Shown: positions 38,870-48,746 of the stretch, in pieces | Layout of the letters: each line of letters starts with the position of its first letter | Position numbering within the stretch: the stretch's first letter is position 1 | NCBI GenBank assembly: GCA_050012755.1 | Contig: JBEKGO010000003.1 | Location: forward strand, 29,168 to 93,167 | Direction of reading: 5' to 3' | DNA: 64,000 nt | DNA from: Candidatus Bathyarchaeia archaeon | GTDB taxonomy: Archaea > Thermoproteota > Bathyarchaeia > Bathyarchaeales > Bathycorpusculaceae | Position numbers and translations under genes: made by a program | Notes under the pieces: model-generated | What the model saw: only the letters and a program-made list of their open reading frames with translations | What the model was told of the DNA's origin: nothing | The model's database searches: none

Positions 38870-39790
38870 TTATCTCCTTTTACATTCGTTTAGCCATAAG
38901 TCTGCGAAATCTATGTAGTTTTGGGCTATTTTTTCAACTGCTTCTTTTCTGCTTATTTTGCCTGCTTTATGGTCAGCCAAAGGTTGCCAAAAAATTGTTC
39001 TTCCAACGGCAAATCCTATGATGCCTGGTATTTTGGCTCCAACTTTTAGCCATTCTTGAACTTTTTCCTTAGATTCTCCTCGCCCAAGAGTTATTACTCC
39101 CACTTTTCTTCCGCTGCTCTGAGCTTGCTTTACTACAGCTTTTGCAGATTCTGGTTTGTTCACGCCTTCTAACTTCCAAATGGACGGTTCAACTCCTGCA
39201 GCCTGAATTTCTTCGAGGCTTTCAACCATCAATTTCGGTCTCAACTCTATATCGTATTTTTCTTTTGATCCCCCAAGTTTCGCCAGTTGAGATGGTAGTG
39301 CAGGCACAATAAGTTCAAGGAGGAAGGTCCTCTTTTTTTGCGCCAAGTAATCACTGAGTTTTTTAAGCCTTTGCAGCTGTCTTTTATTCAAAGTTGCCTC
39401 GCTTTCGGGATTATAGCGCACTAAAACTTTAACAAAAGTGGGGTCAAACTCTTCAATGTGTTTGGGGTAGTTTTCTCCGTATTCGAAGTCAAATTCTTCC
39501 TGACCTGATTTTTCAACAGGCATAGCAAATGCCAAGCCATCTTTTTTAGCTTCTCGAAGAACTCCGCTTCCAAACTCTTCATCTACTAGCAAGCCCGCAA
39601 TTTCCTTCGGAACGGACTTTTTAATGGCCAGTTTGAAGCCTTCAAAAATTATTTTCTTATAATCGTCAATCTGCTTTTTTTCTTCAGGTGTGGGTTTACG
39701 ATTTTTAATATCAAACATTTTTTCAAGAAATGACGCTCTATGGTCAAATGCCAGAATTAACAATTCTTTTTGGGACCAGTCAACCAACAT
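38870..39790 (-). CDS. DUF2090 / IolC-C-terminal-like class I aldolase fold protein
   Basis: LAFDHRASF, LLVDEEFG, PVEKSG, KVLVRYNP, WKLEG, LGRG, GFAVGRTIF. Confidence 0.85.
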   Translation of the reverse strand: MLVDWSQKELLILAFDHRASFLEKMFDIKNRKPTPEEKKQIDDYKKIIFEGFKLAIKKSVPKEIAGLLVDEEFGSGVLREAKKDGLAFAMPVEKSGQEEFDFEYGENYPKHIEEFDPTFVKVLVRYNPESEATLNKRQLQRLKKLSDYLAQKKRTFLLELIVPALPSQLAKLGGSKEKYDIELRPKLMVESLEEIQAAGVEPSIWKLEGVNKPESAKAVVKQAQSSGRKVGVITLGRGESKEKVQEWLKVGAKIPGIIGFAVGRTIFWQPLADHKAGKISRKEAVEKIAQNYIDFADLWLNECKRR

Positions 39791-39945
39791 AAGTCACCCT
39801 ACCCTCTATTTTGTACTTCTGTAATAAATTACTATTGTTTTAGCGTTTGCATTTCAAAACTGCTCGTGCGCTTTTTTCCGGTTAAAAGTTGTTTTAACTT
39901 TTTGTTTCTGAAGGAATTTTAGAGAAACCATGAAATAATAAGAGA

Positions 39946-40473
39946 GTGCATATGACTTCTGGGGTGCCAGTGTTGAGTGAAGTCAGAATAGTGACGGTAA
40001 AGATTCCTGAAGAAGTATACAAAGAAATGGCTTTGCGTATTCCTGAAGGTGACAGAAGCAACTTTATTCGAGAAGCTATAAGTGAAAAACTGCAGAAAAC
40101 ACCCAAAGCAGACAAACTCTTGGCTCTAGAAGATAGGATGGCAAGAATAGAGCAGGAATTTGGTCAAATTAGAAAATACTTGGCTGATTTGGAATTGCTC
40201 ACTTTTCAGCATGGAAAAATAAATCCTCACTCTTACTGCATAGATGAAATAGACCATAAAATAATGGAGTACCTGCTACATTACAAAAGCGCGACTACCC
40301 CTGAATTAGCTGAATACGTTAAAACCAATAGGTGGCTCATACTTAATAGGCTTAGAAAAATCCAGAAATCATCTAAAAAACAGGTTGGAAAATCCATAAT
40401 TGAATATTATGCAGGCGAACGTTCTGGTAAGAAGAAGGCTTGGTGGATAGATGAAGAGTTGATCCAAGAATAA
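39946..40473 (+). CDS. Ribbon-helix-helix plus coiled coil plus HTH regulator
   Basis: VTVKIPEEVY...RSNFIREAI; C-terminal HTH. Confidence 0.8.
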   Translation: MHMTSGVPVLSEVRIVTVKIPEEVYKEMALRIPEGDRSNFIREAISEKLQKTPKADKLLALEDRMARIEQEFGQIRKYLADLELLTFQHGKINPHSYCIDEIDHKIMEYLLHYKSATTPELAEYVKTNRWLILNRLRKIQKSSKKQVGKSIIEYYAGERSGKKKAWWIDEELIQE

Positions 40474-40517
40474 CAAGGTTAGCTTTAATTAATTGACCCT
40501 GCTGGTTTGTAAACTGT

Positions 40518-40596
40518 GGGCTCGTAGTCTAGCACGGATTAAGGCATCGGCCTCCGGAGCCGAGAATCCTGGGTTCAAATCCCAGCGGGCCCGCCA
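40518..40596 (+). tRNA. tRNA-Arg(CCG), intronless, encoded CCA
   Basis: Acceptor GGGCTCG/CGGGCCC, anticodon stem TCGGC-CTCCGGA-GCCGA, T-loop GGTTCAAATCC. Confidence 0.96.
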
Positions 40597-40781
40597 CTCT
40601 ACGTGCGTATTATGCCGTTTTTTATCTTTTCCTTTTTCTATATTTTTTGAAAATTAGCGCACCATAAGCATCAGATTTTTTTGCAAATGATTAATCAAGA
40701 TAAATGCGCCTTTGGAGTGGCAAGCGTGATGGTATTTGCATCTCTGTAGGTGAAGGTCCTTATCAAGGATGTAAGCCGTAG

Positions 40782-40806
40782 AGCTGGGGATGGGAGTTGA
40801 ACCCAT
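40782..40806 (-). other. tRNA 3' fragment (Cys-like), candidate att-site remnant
   Basis: Minus strand ATGGG-TTCAACT-CCCAT-CCCCAGC-T: T-arm, acceptor 3' strand and U discriminator; no matching 5' half nearby. Confidence 0.6.
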
Positions 40807-40923
40807 AGAAATGGGGCGATTTCCTTTTTTCTGCAGATCTCCGTTTTTGATCTACACGATTTCTAAATTGTTCAAGTTTTATAAGCATCAAACTATGCTG
40901 TTATAAGGTTAAGTGAGGGGAAC

Positions 40924-41844
40924 TTGTCGGATAATTTAAATAAAGAACCGTCACTCGCGTTTGGTGGACAAGCATTAATCGAAGGCGTAATGATACGCTC
41001 CCGAAAACATCTAGTATCATGCGTAAGAAATCCCAGAAAAGAAATCGTAGTAGATATAAAACCGATAACGCCCTATTCTGAAAAACACAAAATTTTAGGC
41101 TGGCCTTTTTTCAGAGGCGTAGTAAACATGGTTGAAAACTTTTACCTCGGCATGCAAGCAATGATTTCGTCTGCAACTACGGCGTTTGAAATTGAAAGTG
41201 CTGAAGGTGAAAAGCCAGAAAAGATAGAGTTTGGTTACGCAGAAATCGGTTTGCTTGCAGCTGGCGTCGCAGGCGTAATGGCTGTCTTCTTTTTGGTGCC
41301 CTTCCTTTTATCCACTTGGTTAAACCTGAAGGGTTTTGTTTTCAACCTAGTTGAGGCTGTCATTCGTCTGGGTATGTTTTTGGCTTATTTGTCTGCTATC
41401 TCATTGTGGGGTCAATACAAACGTGTGCTTATGTATCATGGGGCTGAGCACAAGGCTATTCATGCTCATGAAGCAGGAGTGCCCATGGACGTTGATCACG
41501 TTAAGGTTTTTTCACGGCTACACCCGCGTTGTGGAACGAGCTTTCTCTTCATAGTACTAGTAATCAGCATTGTCCTGTTCACTATAATGCCGAACCTTGG
41601 CTTTGCAATAAACTTAGCTTACCGCCTGCTCCTGATTCCTGTCATCGCAGGAATCTCCTACGAACTGCTAAGACTAAGCGCAAAATACAAAGACTCCCCA
41701 ATCACAAAAGTCCTAATAGCACCGGGACTCGCATTTCAACACTTAACAACGAAAGAACCCACCAATGACATGCTAGAAGTATCCATAAAGGCAGTCACAG
41801 AGGTAAATAGACTAATCTGCTCCACGTTACAGGATAAAACATAA
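40924..41844 (+). CDS. DUF1385 (YqhQ-like) membrane protein
   Basis: GGQALIEGVM, YHGAEHK, HPRCGTSF, TTKEP. Confidence 0.9.
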   Translation: MSDNLNKEPSLAFGGQALIEGVMIRSRKHLVSCVRNPRKEIVVDIKPITPYSEKHKILGWPFFRGVVNMVENFYLGMQAMISSATTAFEIESAEGEKPEKIEFGYAEIGLLAAGVAGVMAVFFLVPFLLSTWLNLKGFVFNLVEAVIRLGMFLAYLSAISLWGQYKRVLMYHGAEHKAIHAHEAGVPMDVDHVKVFSRLHPRCGTSFLFIVLVISIVLFTIMPNLGFAINLAYRLLLIPVIAGISYELLRLSAKYKDSPITKVLIAPGLAFQHLTTKEPTNDMLEVSIKAVTEVNRLICSTLQDKT

Positions 41845-41966
41845 ACTATTCGTCGATTTCCATTTTTCTTCAGAAAACAAGTAACGAAATTATTAGCATT
41901 TTAGCGAAAATTCAGTCTCAAGACGTCCATTTGACCGTTGAAATTTCACAATAGCTTTACCATTTG

Positions 41967-42980
41967 TTATTTGTTCACAAAGTGTTTTCCACTTTTGGTG
42001 AAAAAACATGCATGTTTTATTTCTAAATTTTCAAATGTGAGAACACCGAAATCTAAGTCTTCACATGTAGAGTCAAGAGGGATCCAATCATGAAGGTTCT
42101 CCTCTGCTATTTTCTTATTTACAAAGGGTTTGTAAAGCTCAGGAGCGTCAGGAATATGAACGGCAGAATATACGTGATCAGCTATGTTATCTCCGTCGGT
42201 GTCTGCGAAAAACAGGGCAGTTTCGAACCCTATGGCGAGGAGAAGAGAACAGAGCAGAACAGCTTGATCATTGCAGTCTCCTGTTAACCTTCCTAACGTT
42301 ATTTTTGGTGACTGAATATCTTCAAATGGAAGCGGATCTGGCATGTAATGTATTTCATCTCTAACGTACTCGTAAATTTTTCTTGCCTGCTTGAAATTGC
42401 CTGCTTCAAAACGCCGACCCAATTGCAAAGCTAGAGTTCTGATTTCTTCTAAGCCTGGGTCCACCGATTCCACTATCTGCTTCATTGAATCGATGTACTT
42501 AGTTCGCTCCTGTCCTTGGTTATTGTTGATGGAATTAACAAGTTGAACAATTTCCTTGGACAAGTCTTCTCTGTAAGTCTCGCTTAGGTGTATTAGAGTC
42601 AGAACTCTCTGCCTAGCTTTGGATTCATCGAGCATCAATAAAGGGAGAAATATTCCGTCGATGATGTTGCTGATTCCAAGAGCCTCGCTTTTGCAGACCA
42701 GATTCGCAGTTTCGTCTTTCATCGTTGCGGTTTTCTGTCCAATGGCGGAGTAATGTAACATTCCCATATAGGTTAAAATGAACATATTAATTAGAAGATC
42801 ATAAGCTTCGGGCGTTAATGCTTTTGAAGAGAATTGTTTGATTATTTCTTTACGTGCTTTTGAGAATAGAGACAAGGCTTCTTCGATTTTTCCTTCACGA
42901 AGTCTGGCCATGGCAGCTTGGAGCATATCTTGAAGTTTGTTTTCCATTCTTCTCATCTTGACATAAATTCTGCAATCCAT
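41967..42980 (-). CDS. Cytoplasmic transglutaminase-like protein with helical N-terminus
   Basis: YEYVRDEIHY, GDCNDQA, HVY, WIPLD catalytic triad. Confidence 0.8.
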   Translation of the reverse strand: MDCRIYVKMRRMENKLQDMLQAAMARLREGKIEEALSLFSKARKEIIKQFSSKALTPEAYDLLINMFILTYMGMLHYSAIGQKTATMKDETANLVCKSEALGISNIIDGIFLPLLMLDESKARQRVLTLIHLSETYREDLSKEIVQLVNSINNNQGQERTKYIDSMKQIVESVDPGLEEIRTLALQLGRRFEAGNFKQARKIYEYVRDEIHYMPDPLPFEDIQSPKITLGRLTGDCNDQAVLLCSLLLAIGFETALFFADTDGDNIADHVYSAVHIPDAPELYKPFVNKKIAEENLHDWIPLDSTCEDLDFGVLTFENLEIKHACFFTKSGKHFVNK

Positions 42981-43930
42981 TTCTCAGTGCGCAACTTTAA
43001 GAATTCGGGTCCTTCTACTGCTCCATCTTCAGTGATATAGATTTCCTGGGATCCCAATCTCATAACGCCACTTATTGGATCGAATGCCTTTATTCCGCGT
43101 TTGGCTAAAAAAGCTGCGAAATCTCGGATATTGAACACCTTGGAAGGTGCTCCTAAAGTTACTGTGACTACTAGAAGTGTTTCATTCTTGATATATTTCT
43201 GATTGCTCATCCTCTTGATCTTAAGGAATCTTTCAAGGCCTTTCTCAGTTTGTCTGTCACAAATATCGATCTCTCCTTCGAAAAGTCCGAGAATAGCGTG
43301 AAGTTCTTCTGAAGGATGCATTTGGGGATCAATTACTGCAAGCGTTGTAAAATTCGTTGATTTTAATTGAGCAATGAGCTCAGTGAGCCATTTTCTTGTC
43401 TGAACTGAATGATGCTGAAGCAGAACATCTGAGACTATATCTATGCACATTCTTCTATTTCCTTTCAGCGAGGGATCCAGTTTGCGGATGGCAGAAGTCA
43501 AGGCGATGCTGATGTTTGTTAGGCTTTCTACGCCGTTTACCTTGAATATGTTTGGTGAGGGGGTCTTAACTAGAGCATCTGCTTGAGGATTGCAGACGAA
43601 CAGATAGAAAGTTGAAGGAGCTTTTCCTGTTAGGTCTATAGCCAACCTGGGATCAATAGTCACGTAGAAAGTGGCTTCGCCGTTTTTTTGCCCAGTTTCA
43701 AGAAAACTCTTGATAAGAAGGTCTCTCTCGTCACAAGAAGGCGAAGTCAAAACCACGGCAAAATTTGGAGGTAATCCACCACAAAGCATCTCGTCAAGAT
43801 TGTAATATCCAGTGGCAACACGATCAGCCGCTTTGAGGTCCGACACTACTTGGCGCTCAACTTTTACCTGAACCTTTGAAATATCGTTGTTATCATCCAT
43901 GTTCTGTAACTCCGCGTGAACAACATTCAA
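42953..43930 (-). CDS. KaiC/RAD55-like ATPase fold with degenerate Walker A
   Basis: ATGYYNLDEMLCGGLP then TSPSCDERD in place of GxPGxGKT. Confidence 0.8.
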   Translation of the reverse strand: MNVVHAELQNMDDNNDISKVQVKVERQVVSDLKAADRVATGYYNLDEMLCGGLPPNFAVVLTSPSCDERDLLIKSFLETGQKNGEATFYVTIDPRLAIDLTGKAPSTFYLFVCNPQADALVKTPSPNIFKVNGVESLTNISIALTSAIRKLDPSLKGNRRMCIDIVSDVLLQHHSVQTRKWLTELIAQLKSTNFTTLAVIDPQMHPSEELHAILGLFEGEIDICDRQTEKGLERFLKIKRMSNQKYIKNETLLVVTVTLGAPSKVFNIRDFAAFLAKRGIKAFDPISGVMRLGSQEIYITEDGAVEGPEFLKLRTEKWIAEFMSR

Positions 43931-44020
43931 AATCTTTAGTATTCAACAGCCTTTATGCCTTTGCTTTCCTATGGATTTTGTTGAGATTTCTGGGATTGAA
44001 AAAAGACTGCGCCTGCGCGT

Positions 44021-44458
44021 CTAAAGTGTTTCTCCGCCAATAGATCTTCTGAGAGCAGTCTCCCAATCTTGAGGGTTGCTCACTTCAAAAGTTGGGCTTT
44101 CCATGCCTTCAGGGGTCTCCAATCCTACAATGATAATTTGGTATTGTTCCTTGCTAAAAACTGAAGCGGGCTGGCTCATTGTACCTTTTTTCCTAGTTCT
44201 CGTCTCGATCTGACAGCCAATGATTTTCTCAAGAGGAATGTTAATTGGCATCGCAGTTGTATGAATCTCAGCTGTCCTACCGAATCCAATGAACCCTCCT
44301 TGTTGAACCTTATGTTGCTGTGCAAAGACGAACCGTTTGTTTGTTAATATCAGCTTCCCATACATTGGAGAACCATATCTGGACATTCCGCAATGGTAAT
44401 AAACATCTGACTGTTCGCGTACTACCTTTTCGTCTCGGCCCAAAAAGAAAGTGCTTAT
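44021..44458 (-). CDS. PH/GRAM-like domain protein (start uncertain)
   Basis: GKLILTNKRFVF, IPLEKI, NPQDWETAL; SD-like GGAGAAGG precedes an ATA codon at 44458. Confidence 0.65.
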   Translation of the reverse strand: MSTFFLGRDEKVVREQSDVYYHCGMSRYGSPMYGKLILTNKRFVFAQQHKVQQGGFIGFGRTAEIHTTAMPINIPLEKIIGCQIETRTRKKGTMSQPASVFSKEQYQIIIVGLETPEGMESPTFEVSNPQDWETALRRSIGGETL

Positions 44459-44714
44459 TCTCCTTCTCCTCCAATCAAGTAAGCTAGTAATGCGGTGCAT
44501 TCGCCTTTTAAAGCTTTCTTCATGCTGAAGAGCTGGATCTGCGAACGCAATGAAGCCGAAACCATCGCATATTGAGTTTGATTCGGCCAAGAATTTTTTT
44601 CCTGCAGGAATTTCATATGCATAAAAAAACAGGCATAGTTTTATTAATACTCCGAAGAGAATAATAATCAAAACTATCAATTTGAAAATCTTTCTGTTCA
44701 AAGGAGATGGAAAA

Positions 44715-45209
44715 ATGAAGACAAGTAAAAAATTAAGTCTTTGCGTTTTGGCAATGCTTTGCTTTTCGCTAGCTTTCACGATGTTGCAGTCTTCTTTTGC
44801 TCAACAAGGGCAACAGTACCCTCTAACTATCACGATTAAAGACGGAGTCACTGGCAAAGAGGCACAAGGTGTAACCACAATAGTAGACACATCTTCAGGC
44901 TCCCTGGTTCAAGACCTAGGCACCGTCGCTGAAAATACCACGGTCAATCTTCCAGCAGGAACCTACGTCATCAAAACACAACTAACTATATTGGGTGTTC
45001 CAATAACTATCCAATCGTACACTGTCAATCTTAACCAACCCGTAACTGCGTATCTAACGGTATCTGCCTTCATCATTCCAATCCAATATGCGGCACTAAT
45101 AATCTACGTAATTGTTATAATCATAATAATAGCGATACTCTACGTAATTATTAGGTGGATTCTCAAACGAGCAACATATAAGGATCCGAGCCAAAGAAAA
45201 CCCACTTGA
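44715..45209 (+). CDS. Secreted Ig-like domain protein with C-terminal TM anchor
   Basis: Signal peptide, LPAGTY motif, TM helix plus basic tail. Confidence 0.75.
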   Translation: MKTSKKLSLCVLAMLCFSLAFTMLQSSFAQQGQQYPLTITIKDGVTGKEAQGVTTIVDTSSGSLVQDLGTVAENTTVNLPAGTYVIKTQLTILGVPITIQSYTVNLNQPVTAYLTVSAFIIPIQYAALIIYVIVIIIIIAILYVIIRWILKRATYKDPSQRKPT

Positions 45210-45697
45210 TTCACCGCAAAGAAACGTTCGCCAAGCCTTTTAACTCAAGCAGACTTCGAAAACCGCCAACTAAAAAGGTTTCATTGATCAGCTAAAGCTA
45301 CAATCGAGCTCAATTACTTTCATCGGTTCAAGCCAATTGTTAGTACCTTGTGTAAATAAGAAAAGGTTTCGCACGAGTAGGAAAAAGGATGAAAGTACAT
45401 ATTCGCCTCTTGGAATTCGAGATTCGGCTATATTTTGTATTGGTGAGGCGAGAGGGGAAAAAATAGGCGCTTAAGCTGAGTGAAACAGAGACTGAAACCG
45501 GGAATTCAAATTATAGATTATCTACGCTTGTTCAACTCTTGCGATATTTCGTTTTTGGGAATATATCGAATTTCGTAATAACATATATATTAAGATTTAC
45601 GATAGTGGCTTGGTGTAGAAGAGTGCTACAAATGAACAGTACAACACAACTACAAAGAACTTACTTTGATATTCTGTTCCTAGCAGAGGGATCCTAA

Positions 45698-46144
45698 ATG
45701 GCTGAAACAACTTTTTGGCCAATGGTTGAATTGCGGTTAACTGGTACTGAGGATTTCTTGAGAGTTTTGTATGTCGATGACGATGTTTGTTTGCTGAAGG
45801 TTTCCAAGCAAATTTTGGAAATGGATGGAAAGTTCAAGGTTGACATAACGACTTCAGTCGAAGAGGCTTTTGAGATGTTGAAGAACCAATCTTACGCTGC
45901 AGTTATCTCTGACTATGAGATGCCAAGAAAAAATGGTTTGCAGTTTCTTGCGGAACTTAGAGACAGGGGAAACGATATTCCGTTTGTAATTTTTACTGGC
46001 AGAGGCAGGGAAGAAGTGGCCATAAGAGCATCAAATCTGGGTGCGGACGGGTATTTCAGTAAGACGGGTGATCCAGAAACGGTCTACGGAGAACTGATTT
46101 ATGGCATACTTCAATCTGTTGAAAAGAGAGATGCAAAAGCCTAA
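45698..46144 (+). CDS. Stand-alone response regulator receiver protein
   Basis: VLYVDDD, ISDYEMP, FTGRG, YFSK. Confidence 0.92.
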   Translation: MAETTFWPMVELRLTGTEDFLRVLYVDDDVCLLKVSKQILEMDGKFKVDITTSVEEAFEMLKNQSYAAVISDYEMPRKNGLQFLAELRDRGNDIPFVIFTGRGREEVAIRASNLGADGYFSKTGDPETVYGELIYGILQSVEKRDAKA

Positions 46145-46265
46145 AGCATTCTGAGAAGAGGCTGAGAGCAATATTAGATTCATTCTCGAGAGATGATTGA
46201 AAGTGAAAGAGGTTATGTCTTGCGCAAAACCAGTTGGACTATTAGCGCTGGTTTATTGAAGTTAG

Positions 46266-48668
46266 TCACTTCAAGCGATTTTCAAGATCTCGATGGGGGT
46301 AGCGTGAAGATATTTTCTTTGAAAGTTGATATAGTAAATTCCCAATGGCAAGAGCAAAAGCAGGAAAAGCCGGCAGGATATACCAGAAGAGTTTTGTCTG
46401 AGCAAAAGTAAACACTAAAAGTACAACCGCCATCCAAATAATGATTAGAGTGTCGGCTTTTGAATTTTTAAAAAACGCCTTAAACGAGCAAAACGCTGCA
46501 GCAAAAGGCAACAAAATAGCCCATAAATATTCATTGTTGATTAGATAGCTGAAATAAAACAGGTAACTTTCTGCGTGACCTTCAATAGGGCTAACTGTAC
46601 GGGTAACAGCGGCGTAAACAAAATAGTCTTGCCAAAACGGCGATCCATAAGAAATGACCATGTATATTAGCCATGGAGAAAAAAGCAGAAGTCCAATGCT
46701 CCAAAAAAGAGTGAACTGTTTTTTGAAAAGAAATCTGATGCTTCTCTTTGACAAGAGGAGGTATGTGAAGATAATTAATGGAATCAGTAAAGCTTGAAGT
46801 TGTTTAGTCATTAATGCTAAACCAAAGAAAACGCCGCTTAAAGCTGCATATCGATTGGTTTTTTCTGTTTTCTCACTTATCACAAAAAAATATATGCTGG
46901 CGACAATGAAGAAGGTGAAAGTTACATCGGTCATTGCATGTCTTGAAAAATCGTAGAAAGTTGTAAATGTGCCTAAAACTAAAGCCGACAGTAACCCAAC
47001 ATATGAATTGTAAAGTTTCTTTCCTAAAAAGAAAACCAAAACTAGCGATAAGCTGCCAAATATAGCGCTTGGAAGCCTTGAAGTAACGTTGCTAACGCCG
47101 AAGGCTTGGTAAGACAGAGACATAAGCCACATGCTCAGAGGCGGCTTCACAATCCAAAATGATACATCCCCAAAAGCCCAAGGCGTCAAGTAATCCCCAG
47201 TTTTAACCATGTGAAAAGCCCATTGGGAATATGTTTGCTCGTCAGCTGCCCAAAGATGCCCACTCGACAGATTGATATAAAATATTATTGAAAAAGCCAG
47301 AATTCCCAAAACAAAAAGTGCATCAGCATGCGTTGAGTACCAATATACATTTTTGCCTGGCATTTTCGCGTTTTCAATGTTTAGCTTTTTTCTCCCAATT
47401 GATCGAGCAAACTGTACCACTGCAAAAATGCTTATCGCTGTAATAGCGCATGCAATACCGTCGACCATTATTGTGGTCCATGGCAAATAGGCTGCAGATT
47501 GCGAAGGTGAGGGTTTAGTTGTCGAATTGTATAGGGTAAGAGCGTAGACATAATTGTCATCGGAACCGATGTAGAGGGTGTTGTTCACTATTGCTGGTGA
47601 AGATTCGACATAGTTTCCAGTGGTGAAACTCCATTCTTTCGCTCCTGTTGAAGCATTGAAACCATAAATGTTGCCGTCTTCTGACCCCACATAGACGGAG
47701 CCGTCTGCAACTGCAGGAGAGGATGTAACCCAATATCCAGTTGAACTTTGCCATATTTTCTGACCAGTAGACACATTTAAACAATAGACGTTGTTATCGT
47801 CGGAGCCGATGTAAACACATCCATATGCAACAGCTGGCGAAGACTCCACGGAATCTTCTGTTTGATATTTCCAAATCTGGTCTCCGGTGGAGGCATTTAA
47901 CCCATAAACGTAGCCGTCGTATGATCCTATGTAAACGTACCCGTTGTATACTGTGGGTGAAGAAATGACGCTTCCGGTGTGGCGGCTCCATATTTCGTCA
48001 CCTGTCGTTGCATTAAGAGCATAAACGTAGTAGTCATCCGTGGCAACGTAAACTATGCCGTTCGAGACAGCGGGTGATGATTGTACGCGGGATGTGGTTG
48101 AGTGACTCCATATTGGGTTTCCATTTGTTGCGTTAAGACAGAAAATCCCTTGGTCCCAGGCACCAATGTAGATTCGATCATCCACGATTGCTGGAGAAGA
48201 CCGCACGACATCTCCAACTTGCGATCCCCAAATAGGAATTCCGGTAGTTATGTTGAAACAATATAGCCAGCCGTTGTCAACGCCAACATAGACGGCGCCG
48301 TCATAAACGGTCGGTGACGACCATACTTCAGTGCGAAAAGAAAATTTCCAGATGTCTTCGCCGCTGGAAGCGTTGAGACAGAATAGTTGGCTATCCCTGC
48401 TGCCTACGAAAACGTAACCGTTTGCTACTGCGGGGGAAGACTGTACCATTCTGCCTGTTTTGTAACTCCAAAGAAGTTTAACAGAATCAGTTGTATTGCT
48501 ACTCGTTGTGTATCCGCTGTGCGCTGGATCATGACGAAATGTCGACCAGTCGGCGGCGTTTGAAGTGACGGGAGTGCTCGAGGTTGAGGCTGTTGACATT
48601 AGACATGTTGGAATAACAATGAGAATAACCAACGTAATGAGCAACCACTTACGGTTTCGCATTGCCAT
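46266..48668 (-). CDS. PQQ-like beta-propeller fused to GT-C (ArnT/PMT-like) glycosyltransferase
   Basis: Repeated SSPAV..YVGS.D..YxLNASTG..W blades, then ADEQTY, KPPL, RLPSA and multiple TM helices. Confidence 0.88.
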   Translation of the reverse strand: MAMRNRKWLLITLVILIVIPTCLMSTASTSSTPVTSNAADWSTFRHDPAHSGYTTSSNTTDSVKLLWSYKTGRMVQSSPAVANGYVFVGSRDSQLFCLNASSGEDIWKFSFRTEVWSSPTVYDGAVYVGVDNGWLYCFNITTGIPIWGSQVGDVVRSSPAIVDDRIYIGAWDQGIFCLNATNGNPIWSHSTTSRVQSSPAVSNGIVYVATDDYYVYALNATTGDEIWSRHTGSVISSPTVYNGYVYIGSYDGYVYGLNASTGDQIWKYQTEDSVESSPAVAYGCVYIGSDDNNVYCLNVSTGQKIWQSSTGYWVTSSPAVADGSVYVGSEDGNIYGFNASTGAKEWSFTTGNYVESSPAIVNNTLYIGSDDNYVYALTLYNSTTKPSPSQSAAYLPWTTIMVDGIACAITAISIFAVVQFARSIGRKKLNIENAKMPGKNVYWYSTHADALFVLGILAFSIIFYINLSSGHLWAADEQTYSQWAFHMVKTGDYLTPWAFGDVSFWIVKPPLSMWLMSLSYQAFGVSNVTSRLPSAIFGSLSLVLVFFLGKKLYNSYVGLLSALVLGTFTTFYDFSRHAMTDVTFTFFIVASIYFFVISEKTEKTNRYAALSGVFFGLALMTKQLQALLIPLIIFTYLLLSKRSIRFLFKKQFTLFWSIGLLLFSPWLIYMVISYGSPFWQDYFVYAAVTRTVSPIEGHAESYLFYFSYLINNEYLWAILLPFAAAFCSFKAFFKNSKADTLIIIWMAVVLLVFTFAQTKLFWYILPAFPAFALAIGNLLYQLSKKISSRYPHRDLENRLK

Positions 48669-48746
48669 CCCACCATATCATCTCATATTGAGATCGAATA
48701 TTAAACTAGTTGAATTTCAAGAATCAACGCGTTCTGCGTAGTTTTT

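Noticed and set aside
44459-44779. Long N-terminal extension of ORF 44021-44779
   Set aside because: Overlaps the divergent gene and its promoter region; the recognisable domain begins near 44458.
48680-48694. ATCTCA-TAT-TGAGAT palindrome upstream of the propeller-GT gene
   Set aside because: Short single occurrence, plausible by chance.
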